64,000 nucleotides of DNA, taken from assembly GCA_051362555.1 (NCBI GenBank), contig CM120640.1, positions 45,114,788-45,178,787 on the forward strand, written 5' to 3'. This DNA is from Lingula anatina (taxonomy: Eukaryota; Animalia; Brachiopoda). The position numbers and the translations under genes are program-made. Below the pieces are notes generated by a model. It worked only from the letters and a program-made list of their open reading frames with translations, ran no database searches and was not told where the DNA came from. How positions within the stretch are numbered: the first letter of the stretch is position 1; the number at the start of each line of letters is the position of its first letter. Below are positions 41,491 to 52,353 of this stretch, piece after piece.

Positions 41491-44400
41491 TTTTTATGTA
41501 CAGACACAGATGTGTCTGTACATATTGCCATCACCTGCGTCTGTCGTCGCCGTCGCCGATGCCGATGCCGTTGCCGTGCACTTTCAGCGTAAACACGATA
41601 AGTGGAACACAGTTTTACTTTTTGGTTTTATATTTACAGAGCTGATGAATATTCATAAAACGCAGGTCAAGTTCGAAAATCAGCATGATCGGGCCATTAT
41701 AGTAGAAGTTATGCTGTTTTTTCACTTTTCAGCATATATGCAACCCTGTAAACACATTTTAAGGAAAACCGTTAGGCCTGTTGTCATGAAACTCACAGGA
41801 GTAATCAATCTTACTAAAACGCAGGTCAAGTTCGAAAATCGGCATGATCGGGCATTATTTTAGTAGTAATGCTGTTTTTTCATTTTTCAGCATATATGCA
41901 ACACTGTAAACACAATATAAGAAAAACAGATAGGCCAATTGTCATTAAACTCACACAGGCCTACCCAACTACCAGACTCGGCACCTACGGATCCAGAATA
42001 AACCGGTATATCAGACCACACTACCGGTTTTCAAGGTGTGTGTCAGATCGCATTACAGAGTATCATACCCCATCACAAATTTTGTAGGCCTACCTGTCAT
42101 CCGCGTATCGCGCCTCGTTTTCGTCAAGTAGGAGTCGTATGAATACAACAACATAGCGACAGACGGTAGTCGGTGAAAAAATCGCATAATTTTATTTAAC
42201 CCCGACAGAATATGCTTCCGCTATCAAAATTAGGTATACTTTTCTAAATTAATATATAAGTTTGCAAGTTCTTATTTACAAAACATCATTGGCTATGGTC
42301 GAACCTAAATTTTATGTTAAAAAATTGCAGTATTGTCAGATTTTTAGCATAAACAGGGATTGCAGCAGCGCATGAATCTAGATGAGATGCACTACTTTCC
42401 AACCCCGCTTAGGATCATGGCTATCACATAGCGCACCAGGCAAAATCGGTGTGGTGGCTGATACTCTGTAATGCGATCTGACACACACCTTGAAAACGGG
42501 TAGTGTGGTCTGATATACCAGTTTATTCTGGATCCGTAGGTGCCGAGTCTGGTAGTTGGGTAAGCCTGTCACAGGAGTGGTAAATCTTACTAAAACGCAG
42601 GTTGAGTTCCAAAAACAGCATAATCGGGGCATTATTTTAGAAGTTATGCTGTTTTTTCACATTTCCTCAGATTCGATTCTTAGGCATGTTAATAGCCTTA
42701 TTATTTAAGTAATAAGATACGTAAAAGTGTTTGTTTGACATTTCCTGCATCTTTACAACATTGTTAGTTGATTTTGTAAAAATGATGGTAAACTTGTTAT
42801 CATGTATTGTGTAATCAAGTGTCAAAAACGGAAATAAACTCATATCATTGCAGTTTGTCAGATTCAATCATCCACTATGTTCAGAATCTCAAAATGGAGG
42901 AAATTGGACATTTAACACTGTTCTATTGATACTTTTCTCATCTCATCAATTTTCTTAGTTGGTCATAAAAAAATGGCAGTAAAATGTTTATTTTGTTTTA
43001 TGTTAAAAAAGTGTTAAAAACGGAAATAAACCCATTTCAGAACAGTGCTGTCTTGTTTACATTTTGGCATTTTCAAGATGTGACTTTGAAGTTCCATGGG
43101 CCTGAAGACCTTTGCTAGTCACATTTTCTGAATGTCCATAATACTAATATTTTATTAATAACATTTGATGGTCATTATGCTGTTAAACATTATGTAATGT
43201 TGCATCAAAATTTGAAAAAAAAACCTATTTTGGGCACTGCTCCCATGATGACCAATATAAGGGAAATCATGTCACTTACTGTTCTCAAACTTTCAGGAAA
43301 GAAACATGGGTCTAACATACAGCTTCAGTAGGCAATGCAGTCTGTTTGGTAAATTTTTCTGGCAATTTAACAGTTTTTTCTAAAAATTTAATTTTTCACT
43401 TCTTGGCATTTTCAAGGTGCGACTTAGAACCTCCACGGGCTTGAAGACCCATGCTTGTCACATTTTCTGAAAATCCATGACACATATATTTTATTATTAA
43501 AAATTGATGTATTATGCTGTTAAGCATTATGTAATGTTGCATCAAAATAGAAGAAAACACAATTTTTGGTGCTTCTGCCATGATGACCATTATGGGAAAA
43601 CCGTGTTACTTATGATTGTCAAACTTTCAAAAAAGAAACACAGGACTAAAATGCAGCCCGAGTTGGAAAAGCAGTCTAATTGGCTTCTTTTTCTGGAAGT
43701 TATACATTTTAGTGAAATATTCATTATCTTTTTGGCATATTCATTGTGGGACTCGGAGCTCCCATGGACATGAAGCCGGATGGTAATCAAATTTTCTACA
43801 TGTTCATGCTATTTATAGTCAATAATCAAAAATTGGTGATAATTATTCTATAATTTATTATGTAATGTTACATCAAAATTGACAATAAAGAAAACTGTGT
43901 TATTTATTATTATATTTAACTTATGAGTATGATTTTTAGGATTGGCATGCAGTTCAAATTAGAAAGCCAGGTCAATTGGGCTATCATTTATTATTGAATT
44001 TTATGCAATTTTGTGTGAAATTTCATTTTTCTCATTCTGGCACTTTCTAAGTATAAACTTGAACTCTGATGGGCCTGAAGCCTTATGCTTTTACTTTTGT
44101 TGGTGTTACCTGTTGTGCAAAATTAAAATTTGATGTTGACTGTGCAGTTGAACATAATGTATTATTGCATCAGAATTGGTAGTCTCCTATTTTGTGCATT
44201 ATTGTTTTGTGCTTTTCTTAAGTTGTGACTTATGGGCCTGAAAGACCTTTGAGAGGGTCAGTCTGTAAATTTCCCTTGGGTATCACTTAGCTAATTTCAG
44301 TGTTATAAAATAATTTGCCTAATTAATCGGCTATTAAATGAGATAACATAAAGCACACTTGTTGATATTTCCCTGTAAACTCCCATAGGTTAAGCTCTCC

Positions 44401-44805
44401 GCTAGATTAATAATAAGGAAGCAGTGATAATTATGCAGGTGAATTTTGTTTAATATTGCAAATAAGTTTTTAATATATATATATGTTGTAAAGATGCATA
44501 TAAAAATTGCAGTAAACTGTTTATTTTGTTTTATGTTAAAAAAAGTGTTAAAAATGGAAATAAACCCATGTCAGAACAGTGCTGTCTTGTTTCACATTTC
44601 CTCAGATTCAATTCTTAGGCATGTTAACAGTCTCATTATTTAATTAAGACATGTAAAAGTGTTTGGTTGACATTTCCTGCATCTTTACAACATTATTAGT
44701 TGATTACATAAAAATGATAGTAAACTTGTTGTTGTGTTTTGTGTAATAAAGTGTCAAAAATGGAAATAAACTCATATCATTGCAGTTTGTCAGATTCAAT
44801 CATTC
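41491..44805 (+). mobile_element. Non-autonomous Helentron/HINE-like element, copy 1 (3'-truncated), with internal ~160-bp tandem units
   Basis: Starts TTTTT plus a perfect 13-bp hairpin atgtacagacaca-ga-tgtgtctgtacat (41496-41523), then a GTC/GCC-rich microsatellite, then units containing aaaacgcaggtcaagttcgaaaatc; 42810-44480 is duplicated at 49625-51335. Confidence 0.7.
41956..42568. mobile_element. 613-bp MITE with 110-bp TIRs nested in the Helentron-like element
   Basis: 41956-42065 and 42459-42568 are near-perfect inverted repeats (caggcctacccaactaccagactcggcacc... / ...ggtgccgagtctggtagttgggtaagcctg); TCACA is duplicated at 41951-55 and 42569-73. Confidence 0.92.
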
Positions 44806-44850
44806 ACTTCCTCTGGCGATCGATCGATGAATGATGAGGTGACGTTACAG

Positions 44851-44955
44851 GATCGACGAGAATAGTTTGACGATCGACGAGAATAGTTACACGATCGACG
44901 AAAATAGTTTGACGATCGACGAGAAAAGTTACACGATCGACAAAAATAGTGACAG
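44851..44955. repeat. 21-bp minisatellite, 5 copies
   Basis: Units GATCGACGAGAATAGTTTGAC / GATCGACGAGAATAGTTACAC alternate. Confidence 0.9.
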
Positions 44956-45949
44956 CATTGGTTTTAATACACCGTAGATGAGAAATGTTTGACAATTGAA
45001 TTGACGAAAGTAGTTGTTGAATTTATGACAGGATCGTTGAAACTTGAAACTGAATCGATGGGAAGGCAGTGAATCAACGAAACATAACTGAATCGACGAC
45101 ATGAATTTTTGCCCTTTTGGCCGCCCATAAATGTGCCCATGAAAAGGAAATCCTAGGTGCTTAGCTGATAACATCCCGATTTTATTGTACATCTATGCTA
45201 GGGCAAATGAAACCGGTTTACATTTAATGAGCCTTCCGATGCACACTGAAATTGAGGCGTTCAATAGCTCGGCACAGGGGCCATATTTTGTGGACACTTT
45301 GACAAGCCAAAGAACGTGTGTTTGCAACTCAAAATTTATCTAAAAAGGATTATCAACCATATAACCATTCAATATTTGTGGTAAAGGGGGTGGGAGTGGT
45401 TATTATTATTGTTATTATTCATTTTGAATATTATATTATAATTATTATTCAGCTTTCACCCAGATTAAGAAATATTATTATAATATGAAAAATTTAGGCC
45501 TATAATTTATAATAAATAATTACATTAACCGTCTATGACAGCACCTTTCTGACATATTCTACAACATTATTGCTGGAGCGTATAGCGAAAAATTGAAATA
45601 ATGATAGGCATGAGCAAGACGTGGGTGGACATTCTTAGTACTACATGTAGATCTCAGGTGCAATTATCGCCGAAACAAGCCTTTTGGCACTGATCCCGCA
45701 TATTTGTGTATTATTATTATTATTATTAACTCACAGATGTTGATTTTTGAGATTTTGGTCTCAAGATTGAATCCAACAGTATAAAGACGCACAATGTCAA
45801 ACCGTTTGTTTTGTCAGCATGCACTCAGGGTCAGCAGTGCAAAGAATGCAAGGACATTGAAAGTTTGTCATGGCATGGAATTATCTTTCTCCCAGTCCGC
45901 TGCGTTCGTTAAACGACCATAACTGTTGTGCACAACGAAGCAATATACG

Positions 45950-45955
45950 TTTATT
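45950..45955 (-). terminator. Candidate polyadenylation signal of the Arg-rich peptide gene
   Basis: AATAAA on the minus strand about 385 nt after the stop. Confidence 0.4.
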
Positions 45956-46339
45956 GAATTTATATTATGTCTTTAACAACATCCAGTTTGAAAAATGAAT
46001 AAGAAGGTCAGTTAAATGTCTTCGATAAAAATGTCTGCCAGGTACTTTCCTTTACCGATAAGCTTTCCACTCAATTTCTGACACTTTTATCTTCTCATCA
46101 CCAATATTTTGTATACATATTGTAGGTTCCTAACCTTGTTTTATCTTTCTATAATTGTCCAAAAAATGGATAAATATTTGTAGGCATATATACTTCACTC
46201 CAACAGTAAAAAAAATTTGGAACGAACTTAGACAATTTGTAAACATTATTAACCATCGTATCTCAGAAATTGGTCCCTTTTTTGATACAGAGACGTAAAT
46301 CTAACTTTATATCGAAAAAGTTAAATTCTAAAAAGCGCT

Positions 46340-47601
46340 TCATTCATCTTCGTCATCTATCTCGTCATCATTCATGAATATCTCATCTTTAAGCAGATCC
46401 GTGAGGATATTTCGATCTTTCTCAGACAGCTGGTTCTGCAAAATAATAATAGTGATAACCAAAGTTAGTATAAATAAATGAATGAATGAATAAAAAATAT
46501 TCACGTTGTCTATACAGTTCTCTTAAAAAGACAACAACTGATCGTTTTAGCTAAAAACAGTTTTTCCTGGGGTAAACGACGATTTTCCCATACTTACCGA
46601 AGGTTAGTGAATTCATTCCGACAATTAAAATTAGTACATGTCTTTTTTTCTTAAACGTTTGAAATTTGGTATTAAAGGTACATACGAACCGAGCATCGGT
46701 GGAGCGTGGATTCCCAGTAACACATGTAAACCACTTCTACTATATTCTTATATGACTCAAATAAATTCGACATGCCAAGGGATAAACTGAATAGATCACT
46801 CGATCAGCCATAAAAGACCTTTAGACTGCTCCTTTCTTTAAATTTTTGGTTGCAACTTTCCTGCCCCATTGACATACAGCTTAGAATGCCAGCAGAAAAA
46901 TCCGTTCAAACATCATTTTCGGGTAAAATTAAACAACGCTTTTTGGTAATTCTCTTAATTATACTACTTGAAACTATATGCTGGCATTTGGTTGGTTTTT
47001 GTGACAAAAATTGACTTTGCATGCATCTTAAATCTCTTAAGACTGTAACACAAAAGCTCTTTGTCACCGACTGGGGCTAGATAACAATATTTGACCTACG
47101 TATTAGATATTTCATGGTTCCAAGATTTTCTATTTAGTGACTCTCTATGGAACAATATTATGCATTGTTAACAGCATAATGGGCAAGTTAAATGACCAAG
47201 TTAAAGATGCATACTAAGTCAATTTTTGCCACAAAAACTGACCAAATCCCAGCATATAGTTTCAAGTAACATAACCAAAGGCCGTCCACTTTTCCTCTGG
47301 CTGCCAGTCAAAGTAGCAGTGAACTATTCAAGGCCGTCCACTTTTGAAATGTATAAATACAGCTGCTCTACGCAGTGTTGGGAGTATAGAGTTTGAGTTA
47401 GTTTCACAGTATAGTTACAGTTAGTTTCAGAGTTAGGTAAGTACAGCAGTACAGCAAGATAACCAGAGACAGCGTTTAGTAAAAGATACAGAAACATGTA
47501 CATTTGACTTGAGAATTACTCTTAGAAATAAAGATTACAAAACAGGACTGTTTTGTTGGTGGCAGCGATTTCGTTCATTCTTTAAAAGTAAAGAGAACCG
47601 T

Positions 47602-47655
<54 letters not shown>

Positions 47656-48101
47656 CTACGTTTCGCTTGTCACAAGAGCATCATCAGGCTGAATGTTGAA
47701 AGGTTGCTGCTTACGTGGTGGTCGGTTTGTGAACGAGTCTTACATTAACTTATTAATATTTCATCTCTTTTGAAGCAATATTTAGCATACCGTGTTTGCC
47801 GCGTCGTCTTCACTGTCCAAATTCTCTGATAAGCTTGCTCTTCTTCTTCTTCTGCGCCTCCGCCTCCAAAAAATTGCTAATAACAATAATGAAAAATAAA
47901 ATTAAAATAATTGTTACACTGAATTTTTTAACTTAATGTCAATGAAAGTCTTTATCATATTGCAGCAAATCATGAAAGAAAAGTCTAGACTGAATTTTAC
48001 GAAGAAAAAACAAAAAGCTTCAACATACCTTCAGAATCAACAAACATGTCCACCAGCAATATTGTCAATAGGAGCAGAGCAAATCTTTGACATCCACGCA
48101 T
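46340..48101 (-). CDS. Secreted poly-arginine peptide precursor, 84 aa (antimicrobial-peptide-like); exons complement(join(46340-46435,47791-47876,48029-48101))
   Basis: MRGCQRFALLLLTILLVDMFVDSE-A-IFWRRRRRRRRRASLSENLDSEDDAANT-NQLSEKDRNILTDLLKDEIFMNDDEIDDEDE*. Donors AG|GTATGT and CG|GTATGC, acceptors T-rich TAG and TGCAG, phases 1 and 0 match, TATA box upstream. Confidence 0.85.
46965..47268. mobile_element. Pair of ~68-bp inverted repeats (Kolobok-like MITE ends) in intron 2 of the peptide gene
   Basis: 46965-47032 and 47201-47268 are approximate reverse complements; inner ends read gcatcttaaa and ttaaagatgc (TTAA followed by purines). Confidence 0.6.
47605..47651. repeat. (TA)n microsatellite
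   Basis: Directly visible; a longer one lies at 51329-51396. Confidence 0.95.
47655..47693 (-). ncRNA. Penelope-type minimal hammerhead ribozyme-like motif (probably degenerate)
   Basis: Minus strand: ttcagc CTGATGA tgctCTTGtgaCAAGc GAAA cGTA gc, followed by (TA)n. Core boxes are intact; stem I is weak. Confidence 0.5.
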
Positions 48102-48182
48102 ATTGAATGCAAATCCTCTTGGAGGTGACGAGTCCGTTACCGCGGTCCCACTGGGTGTGGATCCGTCCAAATTATCACTACC

Positions 48183-48208
48183 TTTTATATCTGATTTTTT
48201 ATGTAACC
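48183..48208 (-). promoter_or_regulatory. TATA box and adjacent bZIP (PAR/NFIL3 or C/EBP-like) site of the peptide gene
   Basis: TATAAAA on minus at 48189-48183, about 85 nt upstream of the ATG; TTATGTAA at 48199-48206. Confidence 0.6.
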
Positions 48209-48706
48209 GCTTATTATACTGGGTGTGCCTATAATTCGCGCGACAATCCGTACGCGTATACTCCATGTACGTATTTACTCTGTACTCACATGCATGAAAG
48301 AAGAGCTTTATTGAGATGTCAAATCTATTGTGCATTAACAGAGAAACTAGTTTTTCGTGGCATGAAATTGAATATGATTTATTCAAAATTTGCGGCTAAT
48401 TGAGGGTTGCTCTACCAGAGGCAATTAAATTGTGATTTTTTTTCCTTTTTAGAGTTACAAACCGTGTAGATTACCATTTTGACTCGATGACCGGAACGGC
48501 TATGGTATTCGAAACTAAGTGGATCGAATGAATAAAGGTCCCCGTTTCTTTTACATAGTCATTTGTTAAAAGTAAAAACAGGTTATTTAAAGCACATTAA
48601 GGTTCCATGCTTCACAAATTTTGGATAAAAACACGGGGACGCCTGTAGCGGACCACGAGTAAATGAAGCAACACCATTGGATAATACTGCCGTTTATTCA
48701 CGCAGT

Positions 48707-48772
48707 GAACAGAACTGAACAGAATCTGAACAGAAACTGAACAAAAACTGAACAGAAACTGGACAAAACTGG
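48707..48772. repeat. ~11-bp tandem repeat (AACAGAAACTG-like)
   Basis: aacagaactg aacagaatctg aacagaaactg aacaaaaactg aacagaaactg gacaaaactgg. Confidence 0.85.
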
Positions 48773-51321
48773 TGAAAACTATAAAAAGAAAAGAAAAAGA
48801 AAAAATAATAATAACAATACAGTGAAATAAAGATGAATAAACTAGATATACTAAACAACTTAATTCATGTGATCTTAACAACAAATAATTGATCTTTGCA
48901 TGTGTGTAAGTTTTTACTATTTATTATTTAATTTCAAAACACTCACACTAGAACAATATCCAGACTCGCTTTCTCCGCTAGCAACTGGCTGCTCAGATAC
49001 GGCCATAGCAATCTGAGCTGGTACTGTAAATTTATTTGATAACATAAATATACATGTGCGTGTTGGTCATGAAAATGCCACACCCATATTAACATAAACT
49101 TTAATAAACACGATGCTCATAACTTATGTTACTGATTAAACTTAAGTAAACTTATGTAAACTTTTGTAAACTACACAAAATATCTCTATATAAGTGAATT
49201 ACACTTTATTAAACACATAAATTTTACACAATCTACACGTAATATCGTAACATACCTCCACTCTGCCAGTAAGTATATAAATGACCGCGCAGAGTACATG
49301 CAACATCGGCTTTTATACAGTTCATCACATGACTAGATGAATAGATGTTACTTAATATTGAGCAGTGTTCTAGTGTCTTCTCTAACACAATATAAATAAA
49401 CATAAGAACAGCGTGGAAAATATAAAATAAAAATGATAACGTATATAATTTCTGCCGTGTCGGCAACAACGCCTACCTTCAGGGATCATGTAAGGGCAGA
49501 TATCACACAGAACAGTGTATGACTGTGCTAACTTCTTTTATTCAAGTTAAAGTCTACCTTCAGGGCCCTGTCGTGAATATTTCACCCTGCACGCGTATTT
49601 TCACTTTTTATGTACAGACACAGATGTAATAAAGTGTCAAAAATGGAAATAAACTCATATCATTGCAGTTTGTCAGATTCAATCATCCACTATGTTCAGA
49701 CTCTCAGAATGGAGGAAATTGGACATTTAACACTGTTCTATTGATACTTTCCCCATCTCATCAATTTTCTCAGTTGGTCATATAAAAATGGCAGTAAAAT
49801 GTTTATTTTGTTTTATGTTAAAAAGGTGTTAAAAATAGAAATAAACCCATTTCAGGACAGTGCTGTCATGTTTACAGTTTGGCATTTTCAAGATGTGACT
49901 TTGAAGTTCCATGGGCCTGAAGACCTTTGCTTGTCACGTTTTCTGAATGTCCATAATACTAATATTTTATTAATAACATTTGATGGTCATTATGCTGTTA
50001 AACATTATGTAATGTTGCATCAAAATTTGAAGAAACCCCTATTTTGGGCACTGCTCCTATGATGACCATTTAAGGGAAATCATGTCACTTACCGTGCTCA
50101 AACTTACAGGAAAGAAACATGGGTCTAACATACAGCTTCAGTAGGCAATGCAGTCTGTTTGGTAAATTTTTCTGGCAATTTAACAGTTTTTTTGTGAAAA
50201 TTTAATTTTTCACTTATTGACATTTTCAAGGTGTGACTTTGAACCTCCACGGGCTTGAAGACCCTTGCTAGTCACATTTTCTGAAAATCCATGACACGTA
50301 TATTTTATCATTAAAAATTGATGGTCATTATGCCGTTGAGCATTATGTAATGTTGCATCAAAATAGAAGAAAACACAATTTTTGGTGCTGCTGCCATGAT
50401 GACCATTATGGGAAAACCATGTTACTTATGATTTTCAAACTTTCAAAAAAGAAACACAGGACTAAAATGCAGCCCGAGTTGGAAAAGCAGTCTAATTGGC
50501 TTCTTTTTCTGGAAGTTATACATTTTAGTGAAATGTTCATTATTATCGTTTTGGCATATTCATTGTGGGACTCCCATGGACATGAAGCCGAATGGTAATC
50601 AAATTTTCTACATGTCCATGTTATTTATAGTCAATAATCAAAAATTGGTGATAATTATTCTATAATTTATTATGTAATGTTACATCAAAATTGACAATAA
50701 TCTTTTTGCACTGCTACTGCAAACATTATGAAAAGAAAACTGTGTTACTTATTATTATATTTAACTTATAAGTATGATTTTTAGGATTGGCATGCAGTTC
50801 AAATTAGAAAGCCAGGTCAATTGGGTTATCATTTATTATTGAATTTTATGCAAATTTGTGTGAAATTTTCATTTTTCTCATTCTGGCACTTTCTAAGTAT
50901 AAACTTGAACTCTGATGGGCCTGAAGCCTTATGCTTTTACTTTCGTCGGTGTTACCTGTTGTGCATAGTTAAAATTTGATGTTGACTGTGCAGTTAAACA
51001 TAATGTATTATTGCATCAGAATTGGTAGTCTCCTATTTTGTGCATTATTGTTTTGTGCTTTTCTTAATATGTGACTTATGGGTCTGAAAGACCTTTGAGA
51101 GGGTCAGTCTGTAAATTTCCCTTGGGTATCACTAAGCTAAGTTCAGAGTTATAAAGTCATTTGCCTAATTAATAAGCCATTAAATGAGATTACATAAAGC
51201 ACACTTGTTGATATTTCCCTGTAAACTCCCAAAGGTTAAGCTCTCTAAACCAGTCTGCTAGATTAATAATAAGGTAGCAGTGATAATTATGCAGGTAAAC
51301 TTTGTTTAATATTGCAAATAA

Positions 51322-51398
<77 letters not shown>

Positions 51399-51443
51399 AA
51401 CTCGAAGATTAAAAGTTTGAATAGCAGCTACATTGGAATTATA

Positions 51444-51666
51444 TTTACCTCTGCCAAGGAGGTAATGTTTTCACCCTGTTTGTCTGTCATCAACAGGACT
51501 CAAAAACTTATGAACCGATATTGATGAAATTTTCAGGAACTGTCAGAAGTGGGCCAAGGAGGACAATGATTAGTTTTTGGTGGTGGTCCGGATCCATAAT
51601 CAATCAATAATAATAAAAAATTGCTGCCTTGGCAAAGGTCTGCGCTCTTGGAGTGCTTTTCTAGTT
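51444..51666 (+). mobile_element. Second, short HINE/DINE-like element nested in copy 2
   Basis: tttacctctgccaaggaggtaatgttttc...tgtttgtctgtc...ccttggcaaaggt (inverted subterminal repeat)...gcgctcttggagtgc hairpin...tctagtt. Confidence 0.75.
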
Positions 51667-51898
51667 TTGTTATGTCTTCCTTTTTAATTTTTTCTCAAAC
51701 ACTGGCATTTGTGACTTTTAACTCTCATCCGCTTGAGGCTCTGCACATTTTCTGTATTTCCACATAAGCAGTTGTATTGTTTTTTATGTCTTTAAACATT
51801 ATGTAATATTATTTTATGCACTGTCATCATTTTTCAAATATTGAGACTTTCATCATGTGAATTTGAACTCTCATGGTCCTGAAACTGTAATCTTATTG

Positions 51899-52066
51899 CA
51901 GTGGCGGATTGAGACCATCTTCTGGGCCTTCTGGAAGACGGCCAGATTTTAATGTTTACATTGACGGGTATCTATTTTTTCCTGTTGAAAGACCATCAGA
52001 AATGGAGGATGGATCAACAAAGATACTTTGGAATACTGTCAGAAAATATCTCTGGGTCTGCTCCTG
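51899..52066. mobile_element. 168-bp hAT-like MITE
   Basis: cagtggcggat...gtctgctcctg termini, TTATTG duplicated at 51893-98 and 52067-72; homologous to 12473-12632. Confidence 0.8.
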
Positions 52067-52294
52067 TTATTGACCATGTTATCTGTTGTTCATGATTAAA
52101 ATTCAGTGTTGATTGACAGCATTATTTATTATTGCATCCGATAGTATCCTATTTTTTGCATCTTTATTTTCTGTTTTTTGTCTGTACATTTGACAGCTTT
52201 GCTGCCTTGTTAGATATTATTCGCAAATTATTAATACTAACAAAAATTAGACTGCACGTTTTTTTACTAACACATTTTGTCCTAAACCTCAAGT

Positions 52295-52353
<59 letters not shown>

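Larger units (their letters stand above)
49605..52211 (+). mobile_element. Non-autonomous Helentron/HINE-like element, copy 2 (internally deleted, both ends present)
   Basis: Begins tttttatgtacagacacagatgt (same as 41491), joins the 1.7-kb block shared with copy 1, and ends with the inverted subterminal tgtctgtacat (52179-89) plus hairpin gacagc-ttt-gctgcc and ttgtt. Confidence 0.72.

Noticed and set aside
41510-43790. ORFs of 64-117 aa, some recurring at 49799-50598
   Set aside because: They lie in the non-coding tandem units of the Helentron-like repeat; recurrence reflects the duplication.
44851-44955. CRISPR-like repeat array
   Set aside because: Units are contiguous with no unique spacers, no cas genes are present and the context is eukaryotic; it is a minisatellite.
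46590-46660. Extra exon of the peptide gene (minus-strand donor CG|GTAAGT at ~46597)
   Set aside because: No pyrimidine-rich acceptor upstream, and exons 2 and 3 already join in frame.
47997-48386. 129-aa ORF from the track as a complete protein
   Set aside because: Only 48101-48029 appears coding; the upstream part spans the TATA box and the downstream part is intron.
49452-49484. Second hammerhead-like motif on minus (CTGAAGGtaGGC...GCCGACAC)
   Set aside because: Both catalytic boxes are mutated (CUGAAGG, GACA); at most a dead Penelope relic.
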